Source of the DNA: a virus
Strand: one strand, 5' to 3'
Virus record (IMG/VR): IMGVR_UViG_3300046513_000343
Location: 13,778-77,777 of that record
DNA: 64,000 nucleotides
The notes beneath the pieces are model-generated. The model was given only the letters and a program-made list of their open reading frames with translations, had not been told where the DNA came from and ran no database searches. Positions 36,292-46,118 of the stretch are shown here, piece by piece (within the stretch, counting starts at the first letter, position 1; each line of letters starts with the position of its first letter). Both the position numbers and the translations under genes were made by a program.

Positions 36292-36804
36292 ATGAACCTG
36301 ATCCTATCGAACGGCTACCCGTTCCCCTACCCTGACGGCCTGAGCGAGGCGCAGCAGCAAGAAATCTCGCAGGCCGCGCCGTCGTACCGGCTGGTCGTTG
36401 CTGGCGTGACGCACTTTGAACAGAAGTACACCACCACCGTGCAATTCCGTGACACCGACACCTACCACACCGCGCTGGCCGTCACTGGCTGGGAACCATG
36501 GTCCCCGCTGGTCTTGGAAGCGCCCACCAGTGCCGCCGATGGCTACGACTACCCGGCCATCATCGTTGGCAACGTCGCCTACTGCGGCTACCAACTGGTA
36601 GAACACAAGGAGCCGGTGCTGCCAGCGGCCAACCCGCTCGACACGCCAGAGACGCGCAAGGTCATCGCCGACGCCCTGCGCGATGGTGTCGCCGCCGATA
36701 TCTGGTACGACGCCGGCCACTACGGCGACAACGCAAAGGCCACGCAGATCGAGGAAACACAGAACGCAATGGATAACGCCGCGCAACTGCTGGACCCAAG
36801 CTGA
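36292..36804 (+). CDS. Hypothetical early protein
   Basis: AAGGAG RBS; MNLILSNG. Confidence 0.7.
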   Translation: MNLILSNGYPFPYPDGLSEAQQQEISQAAPSYRLVVAGVTHFEQKYTTTVQFRDTDTYHTALAVTGWEPWSPLVLEAPTSAADGYDYPAIIVGNVAYCGYQLVEHKEPVLPAANPLDTPETRKVIADALRDGVAADIWYDAGHYGDNAKATQIEETQNAMDNAAQLLDPS

Positions 36805-36829
36805 CCCAACCACCACAAGGAGCAACACC

Positions 36830-37594
36830 ATGGAACAGAAACCCACCACGCTGCTGGAAGGACTCAGGCGCGACAACATGTACCAACTTGGGGAACCCGC
36901 CGCCGCGCCAGCCACTCAGCAAAACGAATACGCTTTCGATGTCGTCCTGGCCGCTGCGCTGCGCGTCAAGGCCAGCGACGAGGCTGACGCACGCCTCCAG
37001 CTGAAAGGGGCACTGCACTGCGCAGATACCAACTTCGGCGCATGGCGCAGCGGCGATCCGATCATAGGCGAAGTTAGCCTGCGCGGCACGCCGAGCCTGT
37101 ACGAGGTCAATGGCGAGACGATCGAACACCCTGCCCCGGCCCCGTCAGCCACCGTGTATGAATGCCCCGACTGCGACTGGACCGGCACCCGCGACGAAAT
37201 GAATGGCCTGTGCCACCTGCACCACATCGACGAGCATATCAGTGTCGGGGAGCTGGTCCCGGCTGGAGTCTGCCCCGATCCCGACTGCCGCGCCATGATC
37301 GAGGCCAACAACGCCGACGTGGCCGACTATGTGGTCGAGAACGTCGCCACCATCATGCGTGCGCGCGGCTGGACCGTGATCGAGCCTCCCGCCCCACACG
37401 CCGATGTCGAGAAGGCCGACGGCGTGCTGGTCGCCATCGCTGACCTTCCCCGCGACACGGTAATCGACCTGCTCGACGAGATCGACGGTGTTGGCTGCCG
37501 CGACGAAGACGACGAAGACGACCTGAAAGCGGAGCTTAAAGCGCACTACCTCGCCAACCGCATCGACGGTCAGGAGATTATCGACCGCTCGTAG
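36830..37594 (+). CDS. Hypothetical early protein with zinc-finger-like motif
   Basis: AAGGAG RBS; CPDCDW..GELVPAGVCPDPDC. Confidence 0.7.
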   Translation: MEQKPTTLLEGLRRDNMYQLGEPAAAPATQQNEYAFDVVLAAALRVKASDEADARLQLKGALHCADTNFGAWRSGDPIIGEVSLRGTPSLYEVNGETIEHPAPAPSATVYECPDCDWTGTRDEMNGLCHLHHIDEHISVGELVPAGVCPDPDCRAMIEANNADVADYVVENVATIMRARGWTVIEPPAPHADVEKADGVLVAIADLPRDTVIDLLDEIDGVGCRDEDDEDDLKAELKAHYLANRIDGQEIIDRS

Positions 37595-37701
37595 CGCCTA
37601 CTGACGACAAGCCGACAGGACCCCGGCGCAACGGCGGCGCATGCCGGGGATGGCTTACAATCCCGCGCTTGCACAGAGCGCAACAGAATCAAGGAACCAC
37701 C

Positions 37702-37890
37702 ATGAGCGGACGCACATCAGCAGAAACGGTGCAGGCGATGCAACTCGTGCGCACCGGGATGACCGGCTACGCGGCGGCCAAGCGGGTCGGCATCGCCTTA
37801 TCCACCCTTTACCGTTCGGCCTTGTGGAAACAGTACCAGGCCGAACTCGCAGCCCAACCAAAACAGGAGAACCAGCATGCAAATTCATAA
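37702..37890 (+). CDS. Small HTH DNA-binding protein
   Basis: GMTGYAAAKRVGIALSTLYR. Confidence 0.7.
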   Translation: MSGRTSAETVQAMQLVRTGMTGYAAAKRVGIALSTLYRSALWKQYQAELAAQPKQENQHANS

Positions 37891-38098
37891 CCCGCCCGGC
37901 GACCCGGCCAAACGCTGGGTGTATTACGTCGTCGTCAAGAACCACCCGCAAAACATCTATGCGCGCTTCTTGCTGACCGCAACCGCTCTCGCGCACGCGG
38001 AAGCGGCGGTGCTGGAAAGTGTGGGGCCAGCATGGACCGCGTGCCACGCTCGAATGGTGTGCAGCACGACCGATAGCCCTTTTTTCAATGAGCTTTAG
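37877..38098 (+). CDS. Hypothetical protein
   Basis: AGGAG RBS; 73 aa. Confidence 0.6.
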   Translation: MQIHNPPGDPAKRWVYYVVVKNHPQNIYARFLLTATALAHAEAAVLESVGPAWTACHARMVCSTTDSPFFNEL

Positions 38099-38108
38099 GA
38101 GAACCAGC

Positions 38109-38858
38109 ATGACCAAGCGTAAGACCCCGCAGGAAAACATCTGTCCTGGCCTGAGCGCCGAGGATGCCGCCACCATCCGCAACGCGCCCGAAGGCACCAC
38201 CTACATTACCCTGTGGCGCAACAAGTACCTCGCCATCGACGCGGCCAGCTTCGACGAGTTCCGCACGGCGCTGGCCGATGCCGTTGCCCTGCTCGACCGC
38301 TGGAAGGCGCTTGGCATCGAGCTGCAAGACGACGGCGTGCCAGATGACTACGCCACGTTCTACACTACATCGAAGCAGATCGCGCTGGCCGAGGGCTTCA
38401 TGCCCGAACCGGAGTGCGAGGACGATGACGAAGAAGGCCCGGCCAATGCCTCCGATATTGCCGAGATCGGCCCGCTGGCACTTGGCGCGGGCTGCACCTG
38501 GACCATGACACGCGATAACCTGCCCGCCTCGCCCGCCGCGCTGATCACCGAGCTGGCGAAACGGGAAGCCGAACTGGTCGCCGACGATCCGAGCTACGAG
38601 CCGTTCGACGCCCAGCGACTGGCGGCGTCGTCCGGCCTGTGCGGCCTGTACGTGCGCTTCGACCAGTGGTTCAAGGGCAAGGAACCTGTCAAGAAGATCG
38701 GCGACTTCGCGCACGACCTGACGTTCGCCGAAATCCTGTTTGAACTGCACAAGTCGGTCCTCAAGGACAAGCTGGGCGATCATATCTACTTCGAGGGCCT
38801 GATCCGCGTCCATGGCCAGTCCGAAATACCGCTGTTCGACGTGTTCATGGGGAGCTGA
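38109..38858 (+). CDS. Hypothetical protein
   Basis: AGGAG RBS; C-terminal LTFAEILFELH..LGDHIYFEGL..MGS. Confidence 0.7.
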   Translation: MTKRKTPQENICPGLSAEDAATIRNAPEGTTYITLWRNKYLAIDAASFDEFRTALADAVALLDRWKALGIELQDDGVPDDYATFYTTSKQIALAEGFMPEPECEDDDEEGPANASDIAEIGPLALGAGCTWTMTRDNLPASPAALITELAKREAELVADDPSYEPFDAQRLAASSGLCGLYVRFDQWFKGKEPVKKIGDFAHDLTFAEILFELHKSVLKDKLGDHIYFEGLIRVHGQSEIPLFDVFMGS

Positions 38859-38860
38859 CC

Positions 38861-39301
38861 ATGCGCAAACTTGAAACCCCCGAACAGATCATCGCCCGCG
38901 TCGGCTGGATGGTGCAGCTGGTCGGTGCCAGTGATCACGCGCCCAGCTTCGCCTACACCATCGGCCTGACCGACCGGCACCTGCCCGAACTGATCACCTT
39001 TTCCCTGCCCTTCGAGGTCGCAGGCTTCGCGCTGAACACGCTGGCCCAGCGCATGAGCGACGGCGAAGTCCTGCCCGGCCATACCCGCCTGCAGGACGTG
39101 CTGGCCGCCGACGTGCAGCTGGTGCAGGCCGAGCGCAGCTTGGCCGACCAGTTCATGTTCCAGGCGCTGTACCGCAACCCCAACTACCGCGCGCTGCAGG
39201 TGGTCTGGCCCGACCCGCAGAGCGGGGCCTTCCCTTGGGAGGACGGCTACCAGGAGCGCTATCGGAGCGCGCAGCCGCTGCTGCTGCCGACGTTGCAGTA
39301 A
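38861..39301 (+). CDS. DUF4262 family protein
   Basis: GWMVQLV..FAYTIGL..LPELI..ALQVVWPD..GAFPWE..QPLL. Confidence 0.8.
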   Translation: MRKLETPEQIIARVGWMVQLVGASDHAPSFAYTIGLTDRHLPELITFSLPFEVAGFALNTLAQRMSDGEVLPGHTRLQDVLAADVQLVQAERSLADQFMFQALYRNPNYRALQVVWPDPQSGAFPWEDGYQERYRSAQPLLLPTLQ

Positions 39302-39324
39302 CCAACCACCACCAGGAGACCACC

Positions 39325-39840
39325 ATGCAGCAATTCCAGCGGCACATCATCTACGCCGAGGCCGAGGCCGCGTGCGCCCGCGCTGGCCACCAATTCGACG
39401 CCAGCAAATACAACGAGAGCAACGGTGTCGACCACCTGTGCATCATCGGCACATTCGGCGACAAGCACGCCAGCATCCTGTATGCCCCTTGGAACGGCAA
39501 ATTCTTCGGTGACACCACCGACGGCATCCACTTCAATTCGGACAACACCGAACATGACGGCCAGCCATGGTTTGACGCCATGCTGAACTTCTTCTACGTC
39601 CCGCACACGCAGGACCAGCAGCTCGCCAGCGCCGCGCCCGCCCCAAGACCGCTGGACGAGGCCGAACAGGAAGTGGTGCGCAAGGGCCTCGTCGCCGCGG
39701 TCGAGGCGGTGCAAGTGCTGCATCCCGACTTCGACGCCGACACGCAGCCTGGGGTAGAGCTGCTGGACGCGCTGATTCGTTTCACCGTTGCTTGCCGCGA
39801 TCCGGCTGCAAACGGACCGGCAAAGCCTAACAGAGCATAG
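39325..39840 (+). CDS. Hypothetical protein
   Basis: AGGAG RBS; MQQFQRHII. Confidence 0.7.
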   Translation: MQQFQRHIIYAEAEAACARAGHQFDASKYNESNGVDHLCIIGTFGDKHASILYAPWNGKFFGDTTDGIHFNSDNTEHDGQPWFDAMLNFFYVPHTQDQQLASAAPAPRPLDEAEQEVVRKGLVAAVEAVQVLHPDFDADTQPGVELLDALIRFTVACRDPAANGPAKPNRA

Positions 39841-39854
39841 GCTTTGCCGGTCCC

Positions 39855-39877
39855 GCACCGCCCTCCGGGGCGGTGCA
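39855..39877. terminator. Hairpin between convergent gene blocks
   Basis: GCACCGCCC-tccg-GGGCGGTGC; no clear T tract. Confidence 0.45.
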
Positions 39878-39884
39878 ATGAATG

Positions 39885-40211
39885 TCAACTTCCACGCACG
39901 CGCGCGACACAATCGACGGTCCACTTGCCCAACAAGCCCGTCCCCGCATCCACCACGATTTCTGCTGAATAGCGCCCATTGGGCTGCAGGTCCAGGCTGG
40001 CCAGCAGCAGCGTGCGGTACACGCCCTTGCTGTTGGCCACGTAGGGCATCGGCTTAGGCCAGGTGTCGCCTGTGGTCTCCGCGCCATCTGAATTGAACAG
40101 CGTCACCTGCACCGTGGCCGAATTAAGGAAGTCGCCCGTCAGTTCCTCCCGGACATGGCACACTTCCAAAACGTTGTCGTTGTCGATATACAGTACGGTG
40201 ATTGTGCTCAT
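39885..40211 (-). CDS. Small Ig-like virion accessory protein
   Basis: 108 aa; ATGA-coupled to the repeat fibre gene; beta-rich pattern. Confidence 0.55.
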   Translation of the reverse strand: MSTITVLYIDNDNVLEVCHVREELTGDFLNSATVQVTLFNSDGAETTGDTWPKPMPYVANSKGVYRTLLLASLDLQPNGRYSAEIVVDAGTGLLGKWTVDCVARVRGS

Positions 40212-42373
40212 TGTGCGGGCCTCAAGATGGTGTAAGCAGCCAGTGCTGGAGCGAAGCGACTATGGGCCTGCACCGATGCCGCCACCCCGACATAGCCATT
40301 GACTGCCTGGCGCACCCTGATCCGGCCCACGTCGATGACACCATCCGGCTGCACATATTCGGCGAGGTCGCCACTGACCGACTGCCCGGCCTGGCCGGTG
40401 CCGACCACGGCATCCACGCCGACGACGATATAGCCTTGCGTGCGCTGCGCCTGTGCCGTGGCCGCGATGCTATCGACCGCCACGGCGGCGCTGACGATCA
40501 CCGTCTGGCCCTGCCAAGTGGCCAGCGTGCACACCGCCGACAGCTCGCCGCTGGCCTGCACGCTTTGGCGCGCCTGGAAGGTCTGCACGCCCTCACTGTC
40601 GCTGATCGCAAACAGGTCGCCGCGTGTGGTTTGCCCCTGACTGGTGCTGGCCTGGCTGTCACTACCGAGCTGGGCGCTGGCCGCCACCTGCTGGGCCTGC
40701 GCGGTGCCGCCACTGGCATCCACCGACAACGCAGCATCCGCGCTGACCGATTGAGCCTGACTGGTATTCACCTGGGCGCTAAATTCCTCCTGGCCCTGCG
40801 CCTGCACGCTCTGTCCTTGCGCGGTGTCGACCAGCGCCGCCGCGGCCACCTCGCCGCTGGCCAATACGGTTTGGCCTTGGCTGGTGGCCGCGCTGCTGTC
40901 GAGCACCTGCGCCGAGCTGGCCAGCGTAGTCTGCGCCTGACTGGTTCCTGCTATCGCGTCCACCGCAACCTGACCATCCGTGCTGACACTCTGCGCCTGG
41001 GCCGTGGCGCTCACGGCATCCACGCCGACCGCGCCGCTGGCGGCCGCGCTTTGCGCCTGCGCCGTGGCCGCGCCGACCGCAATTTCGTCTGCCAGCGTAC
41101 CGGCGATGGTCTGGCCCTGGCTGGTGGCGCAGGCGGCGTCCGTGCTAAGTGCAAGCGTGACGACCACCGACTGCGCCTGGCTGCTATTGGCGCTGGCATC
41201 AACGGCGCTGGCCGCTGTGGCGAGGCTCGACTGCGCCTGACTGGTGGCCGCGATAACGTCCAGCGACAGCGCCACGTTGGCCGACACCGATTGCGCCTGG
41301 CTGGTGGCGACCACGGCGTCGTTCGCCGAGGCCATGCTGACCGTCGTGCTTTGCGCCTGACTGCTGCTGCTGCTGACGTCCACGCCCACAGTGCCGCTCG
41401 CCGATACCGTTTGCGCTTGCGCCGTGGCGCTCGCGGTCAACGCTGTTTCCACCAGCACGGCAACGCTCTGCCCCTGGCTGGTGGCGATGCTGGCCAGCGC
41501 CTCCAGTTCGGCACTGGCCGCCGTCGTTTGCGCCTGGCTGCTGCTGCTGGTCGCATCGACACCGACCGCGCCGCTGGCCGACACCGCTTGCGCCTGCGCC
41601 GTGGCGGACACCAGATCGCTGAGCAAGTCCAGCGTCCCCACCACCGACTGCCCTTGACTGGTGGCGCTCGTGGCGTCCACGCCCAGCGCCGCGCTGGCGG
41701 CAACCGTCTGCGCCTGGCTGGTATTGCCGCTGGCATCGACTCCCAGCGCCGCCGAAACGACAACTGACTGCGCCTGGCTGGTGGCGATGCTGGCGTCCAC
41801 GGCCAGCGCCGCGTTCGCTGCAACACTTTGCGCCTGGCTGGTGGCCACCGTGGCAGTGGCGGACAGCGCCGCCGTGCCCGTCACACTTTGCGCCTGGGCG
41901 GTAGCGGCAAGCGCATCGACGCTGACCAAAGCCGTGCCGCTCGTGGTCTGCGCCTGACTGGTTGCGCTGCTGACGCTCACGCTTAGCGATCCTGTCGCGG
42001 CCACCGACTGCGCTTGATAGGTCGCCACGCTGGCGTCTGCCGCCAGTGTGCCGCTGGCCGTGACGCTCTGTCCCTGGCTGGTCGCCACCGTGCCATCCGT
42101 CACAATAGGGACTGCAACGGCAAGGAACGGCTGGCCTTTGAAACTGATGTCGAGCGTGGTCGTTGTGATGCCACCCTTGGCCGCCACCTGCGCAAAAGGC
42201 TCGCCGCCAAACGCCAGGTCAAGACCAGCCAGTTCCGCCACGCTCTTGAGCGTGCGCGTGCATGCGACAACGGATTGCGACGCCTGGCCGGTGGCCACGG
42301 TGCAGTCGATACCGCTTACACCGACTTGGCCGCCAAGTGGCGCAGAGGATATGGGTGCAAGACCGAGCGCCAT
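40208..42373 (-). CDS. Fibre-like protein made of ~23-aa ATSQAQSV repeats
   Basis: 721 aa; more than 20 copies of (A/S)T(S/A)Q(A/G)Q(S/T)V. Confidence 0.75.
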   Translation of the reverse strand: MALGLAPISSAPLGGQVGVSGIDCTVATGQASQSVVACTRTLKSVAELAGLDLAFGGEPFAQVAAKGGITTTTLDISFKGQPFLAVAVPIVTDGTVATSQGQSVTASGTLAADASVATYQAQSVAATGSLSVSVSSATSQAQTTSGTALVSVDALAATAQAQSVTGTAALSATATVATSQAQSVAANAALAVDASIATSQAQSVVVSAALGVDASGNTSQAQTVAASAALGVDATSATSQGQSVVGTLDLLSDLVSATAQAQAVSASGAVGVDATSSSSQAQTTAASAELEALASIATSQGQSVAVLVETALTASATAQAQTVSASGTVGVDVSSSSSQAQSTTVSMASANDAVVATSQAQSVSANVALSLDVIAATSQAQSSLATAASAVDASANSSQAQSVVVTLALSTDAACATSQGQTIAGTLADEIAVGAATAQAQSAAASGAVGVDAVSATAQAQSVSTDGQVAVDAIAGTSQAQTTLASSAQVLDSSAATSQGQTVLASGEVAAAALVDTAQGQSVQAQGQEEFSAQVNTSQAQSVSADAALSVDASGGTAQAQQVAASAQLGSDSQASTSQGQTTRGDLFAISDSEGVQTFQARQSVQASGELSAVCTLATWQGQTVIVSAAVAVDSIAATAQAQRTQGYIVVGVDAVVGTGQAGQSVSGDLAEYVQPDGVIDVGRIRVRQAVNGYVGVAASVQAHSRFAPALAAYTILRPAQ

Positions 42374-42382
42374 ACGCTACCG

Positions 42383-43363
42383 CTATGCCCCCCAAGCGCT
42401 GTAGCCGCTTGGTACGGATTGCGCGAAATCGGCGGCCAACAAACGCATCACCTGCGCGCCGGTTACACCAGCATTCATCCCTGGCCAGAGTAGACGGTTT
42501 GACGCGCCACCGAGCGCCCATGACAGGTCGATACCACCTACCCCGGTTGCTGGGTCATTGGAGCCGCTGTTATTCCAATTGCCGCCGTTGGTGCGGAACC
42601 ATATTAGTAGGGCATCCAGGTCTGCGGCGATGCACAGGTTATTGGTAGCGGCCCAGGTCTGGATGGTGGCGACGGTAAGGATATTTGGCGTACTGGTAAA
42701 TTTGTTTACTGCCTTGACAGCACCTGAGCTATCCCATCCGATCTGTCCGATGTACCAAGCTCCGAAATTACCACCGTCACCCTGCTTCTGGTGCCCGGCC
42801 CCGCCTGCCAGCCCGACAGCGGTGAAACTGGTCGAACTGGGTACGATTTCAAAATACCGCTTGCCGGTGTAGCGGGCTGGGCAGCCGAACATATGGTTGT
42901 AGGGACTGCTGGACGCAGGGGTTGCCGTTTTGTTGCTGTTCGATAACGTGACCGCCGAAGTGAGGCCGACGAACGCGGGATCAAAGCCGGGGTTAGCCGG
43001 TACTGTCAAAAAAGCCCCACCTGCCGCCAGGTTCATCGCTGCGATCTGCGACGCCGCCAGGTCGAGCCATACCTGTTTGGTGCCTGCCGCAAAGCTGACC
43101 GCCGCGCCGGCATTGCTGGACGACAGCACCGTGCTGCGCGTCAGGGTGTTGGAGGCTGAATATGTACCCATCCCCACTTCCCAATCGCCGCTCGGCACAC
43201 CGGCGCTGTCCACCGCCTGAATCGTGTAATAGCAGGTATCGCTGGGACTGGTGCAGACCGCCGAGAAGGCGCGAAAGCCGGTATAGGCGCCCGCCAGCGT
43301 GATGGCGCCGGTGCCAGTGGTCGTAGTACTCTCCTTGACGCGATCTGCAATGATAAGACCCAT
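42383..43363 (-). CDS. Fibre/receptor-binding protein with SPRY/B30.2-like C-terminal domain
   Basis: N-terminal ADRVKESTTTTGTG..WEVGMGTY..GTKQV; VTLSNSNKTA..TGKRYFEI..IAADLDALLIWFRTNG. Confidence 0.7.
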   Translation of the reverse strand: MGLIIADRVKESTTTTGTGAITLAGAYTGFRAFSAVCTSPSDTCYYTIQAVDSAGVPSGDWEVGMGTYSASNTLTRSTVLSSSNAGAAVSFAAGTKQVWLDLAASQIAAMNLAAGGAFLTVPANPGFDPAFVGLTSAVTLSNSNKTATPASSSPYNHMFGCPARYTGKRYFEIVPSSTSFTAVGLAGGAGHQKQGDGGNFGAWYIGQIGWDSSGAVKAVNKFTSTPNILTVATIQTWAATNNLCIAADLDALLIWFRTNGGNWNNSGSNDPATGVGGIDLSWALGGASNRLLWPGMNAGVTGAQVMRLLAADFAQSVPSGYSAWGA

Positions 43364-43384
43364 GTCCGCTCCCTATGCGACCGT

Positions 43385-45559
43385 CTAGGACTGGCTGATC
43401 GAAATGTCGTCAATCCAGAAATTGTTCGTCGTGCCGACCCCATCCCACACCAGGAACAGCGCCTCCACCACACCGGCCTCGGTGGGGGTGAAGGTCAGGC
43501 TCGATTGCACCCAGGTGTTGACCGACGGCGTGCAACTCACCGACACGTCATTGCCGACCCCGGCCAACTGGCCGCCAAGGACAATCAATTGCCCGGCGAT
43601 GTTGGTGTTGTCGCGCCGCGTCCAGATGGAGAGCGTGACCATCGCGTTCGCGCTCACCGCGATCTTGGCCACCGACAGGCGCAGCGGATACTGACTGCTG
43701 CGGTTGGTTGAGGTGGGCCGAAACTTCCAGCTGATGCCCGACGCCGTGTGGCGTTGGTCGGTGGCCGAGGTGATACTGCCGCCATCGGTCCAGATCAAAT
43801 GGTTGTCGGCGGTCTGGTTGTGCTTGTGCGAGTAAATGTAGGTGCCATGCAAGGCGGTCGGATCACTAAACGCGGTGGTGCTGAACAGGCCGTTGATCAC
43901 GTTTACGTGCGCGCTGTTGGGCGCCGCCAGTCCGGCCGTGCCGCTGCCGCTGCACACAAAGCCGCTCAGCGACAATTCGCGCACGGACAGGTGGTTGAAG
44001 CCGATGGTTTTATTGCCCTTGGCCCAAATGTCACGCAGCGGCGGGCCGGTCAGCAGGCCGGTGCCGGTGGCGAAGCCGACCGAATTGCCGCCGCTGCTTT
44101 GCAGTGCCACCGCGTCGATGATCACGTTGGCCACCGAGAAATCCATGCCGGCGCCGCTGCACATATTGGTCACGACATTGCGCAGGGTGATGCTGGCGTC
44201 GGTCGCCCCGGCGAAGCTGAAACCGCTGACCGCGTTGTTGTGGTGGCAGTTCGCGTAACGCCACCCCTTATTGGTGTAGTAGACCCCGTAACTGCACCGC
44301 ACCGAATTCAAATTTTCCTGGGTGACGTAATCCATGCCGGCCGTGGGGTTGTAGGCGATGCCCATGCCGTTGCCGCCGTCCACCCACGTCTCGCCGGTTT
44401 GCGTACTCATGTCGGTCCGGTTCCAGCCGCCCTTGTAGACGATGGGCTGCGCGGCCGTCCCGCTTTCCTGCACCGCGTTATTGCCGCCAAGGGCGATGGT
44501 CCCCAGCGGCAGTGGCAGCGGCTCGCGCCTGTAGGTTGCTATTGTCTCGCTGGTGTGCGGATAGCCGTAGGACGTGCTGTTACTGTTGGCCTGCACGGGA
44601 CCGTCAAGCCGCACGGTGGTGCCGTTGATTGAGGCAATGCCATACCACGTATCTTCCAGTCCCTCGCACTGCCAGGTCACACCGCCGTCTGTGACGCTGA
44701 CGCCGATCTCCTGCGGCCAGGTCGGCTCGCTGCTGCCGGTGGCGCCGGTCTGCGCCGTCACCTTGTACTTGTAGCCGTTGCGGTTCGGCTGCGTGGGGCG
44801 GCGGATATCGTTCACCGCGTAGCTGGTGGAGGCGATCCAGCTCAGGTTGTGCACTTTGCCGATCAGCGAATTAAACGTCAGCGCGTCGGCACTGGAGGCC
44901 GCCTTGCAGGCGATGATATTGTCCAGGCGGATAACGACGGCGCCATTATCCACTTCACAATACAAGGCGATGGAAGCGATGGACGAATTCAGGTTCGTCC
45001 CGAAGTCCACCGTGACCGGCATCCAGTTCGTAAAACTAGACGCGGGTATGGCTGGGATGGGAACGGTATGCACGGTCGTCGCCCCGGCCGTGTCCGAACA
45101 CAGACGCAGCGTGAGTGACGACACAGGGATGGTGGCCGTGGTCGATATCCAAAACGACACTTGCTGATACGCGGACAAGTCCAGCGTGCCGGTGGCGAAA
45201 TAGGCGGCCAGGCCGGTGCTGAAGGCATCCTGAATAGTAATAACAGCAAGCTTGGTGCCTTCTTTTTGAATAGAGGGGCTGCCCGTGCCAATCGACACGT
45301 TGGCCGAGCCTGTCCAAGCCGTCTCGCAGTCGCAAATGTTGGTCGTCACCGCGCTGGCCAGCGTGATAGTGCGGCTGGCGTTGGTCCAGGTGGCACTGCC
45401 CACCAGCGTGGGGTCGGGCGAGGCCATGAGGCGGATGGTGTCGCCGGGCGCGGTGCGCGCAGCGGTGGCACCGCTGCCGAAGGTCAGCCAGCGATTGGCG
45501 AAGCTGGTCCCGTCGTTGGCGTCGTTGCCGCCCACCAGATCGAGGTAAAAAGTCGCCAT
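43385..45559 (-). CDS. Tailspike-like protein (parallel beta-helix plus carbohydrate-binding-like insert)
   Basis: TFYLDLVGGNDANDGTS; WIASTSYAVND..YKV..GATGSSEPTWP..DGGVTWQC; Asn/Gly-rich beta-helix-like segment. Confidence 0.65.
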   Translation of the reverse strand: MATFYLDLVGGNDANDGTSFANRWLTFGSGATAARTAPGDTIRLMASPDPTLVGSATWTNASRTITLASAVTTNICDCETAWTGSANVSIGTGSPSIQKEGTKLAVITIQDAFSTGLAAYFATGTLDLSAYQQVSFWISTTATIPVSSLTLRLCSDTAGATTVHTVPIPAIPASSFTNWMPVTVDFGTNLNSSIASIALYCEVDNGAVVIRLDNIIACKAASSADALTFNSLIGKVHNLSWIASTSYAVNDIRRPTQPNRNGYKYKVTAQTGATGSSEPTWPQEIGVSVTDGGVTWQCEGLEDTWYGIASINGTTVRLDGPVQANSNSTSYGYPHTSETIATYRREPLPLPLGTIALGGNNAVQESGTAAQPIVYKGGWNRTDMSTQTGETWVDGGNGMGIAYNPTAGMDYVTQENLNSVRCSYGVYYTNKGWRYANCHHNNAVSGFSFAGATDASITLRNVVTNMCSGAGMDFSVANVIIDAVALQSSGGNSVGFATGTGLLTGPPLRDIWAKGNKTIGFNHLSVRELSLSGFVCSGSGTAGLAAPNSAHVNVINGLFSTTAFSDPTALHGTYIYSHKHNQTADNHLIWTDGGSITSATDQRHTASGISWKFRPTSTNRSSQYPLRLSVAKIAVSANAMVTLSIWTRRDNTNIAGQLIVLGGQLAGVGNDVSVSCTPSVNTWVQSSLTFTPTEAGVVEALFLVWDGVGTTNNFWIDDISISQS

Positions 45560-45585
45560 CCCGCGCTCCTAGCGCCCGCGCCCGC

Positions 45586-46005
45586 TTACAGGCCGGACGT
45601 GGCTTTGTTGAGCGTGTGCACGAAGGCCGAGCAGGACACCGTTTGCGCCGCCGTGATGGTGGTGGTGGCGATGTTCAGGTTGGCGCCCGAGGTGCCCACC
45701 GTGCCGTCCAGGATGGCCGTGGTGCCGTCCGATTTCAGGGCGCGGAACCAGGACGCCGTGCCGGAGGCGTCGGCCGACGAGTCGGCCGTGATGGCGTTGG
45801 CGGTCATCACCCCGGCCGAGGTGGCGCCAAAGGCGGTGGCGCCAAAGCGCAGCTCGGCCAGCAGCGTGTTGCCCGACAGCGCCGTGTCGGCGGTGGCCGG
45901 CTGGGTGCCGCTGTAGATTCTCAAATATCCAGACGAAAACAGGGTTGCCAGAGCGTCCCCCTCTTGATTTACTGCAACATTCGACAGCTGCGTATTCAGG
46001 GCCAT
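45586..46005 (-). CDS. Virion structural protein, paralog of 13733-14503
   Basis: LRIYSGTQPATAD..SGTASWFR..LDGTVGTSGANLN. Confidence 0.75.
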   Translation of the reverse strand: MALNTQLSNVAVNQEGDALATLFSSGYLRIYSGTQPATADTALSGNTLLAELRFGATAFGATSAGVMTANAITADSSADASGTASWFRALKSDGTTAILDGTVGTSGANLNIATTTITAAQTVSCSAFVHTLNKATSGL

Positions 46006-46022
46006 GATGTTTCCCCCACAAG

Positions 46023-46090
46023 AAAAAGCCCGCGTAATGCGGGCTTGATAGAAATGTCCAGATGAAAAAAAACCCGCTGATTAGCGGGCC
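46023..46090 (-). terminator. Two tandem intrinsic terminators
   Basis: CCCGCT-aatc-AGCGGG followed by T8, then AAGCCCGC-attac-GCGGGCTT-TTT. Confidence 0.75.
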
Positions 46091-46118
46091 ATATGAAATG
46101 CCAGGTGTTATTCAATGA

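Noticed and set aside
40400-42100. Regularly spaced repeats as a CRISPR array or DGR
   Set aside because: They are in-frame ~69-nt coding repeats that vary at synonymous sites; no cas gene, reverse transcriptase or TR/VR pair is seen.
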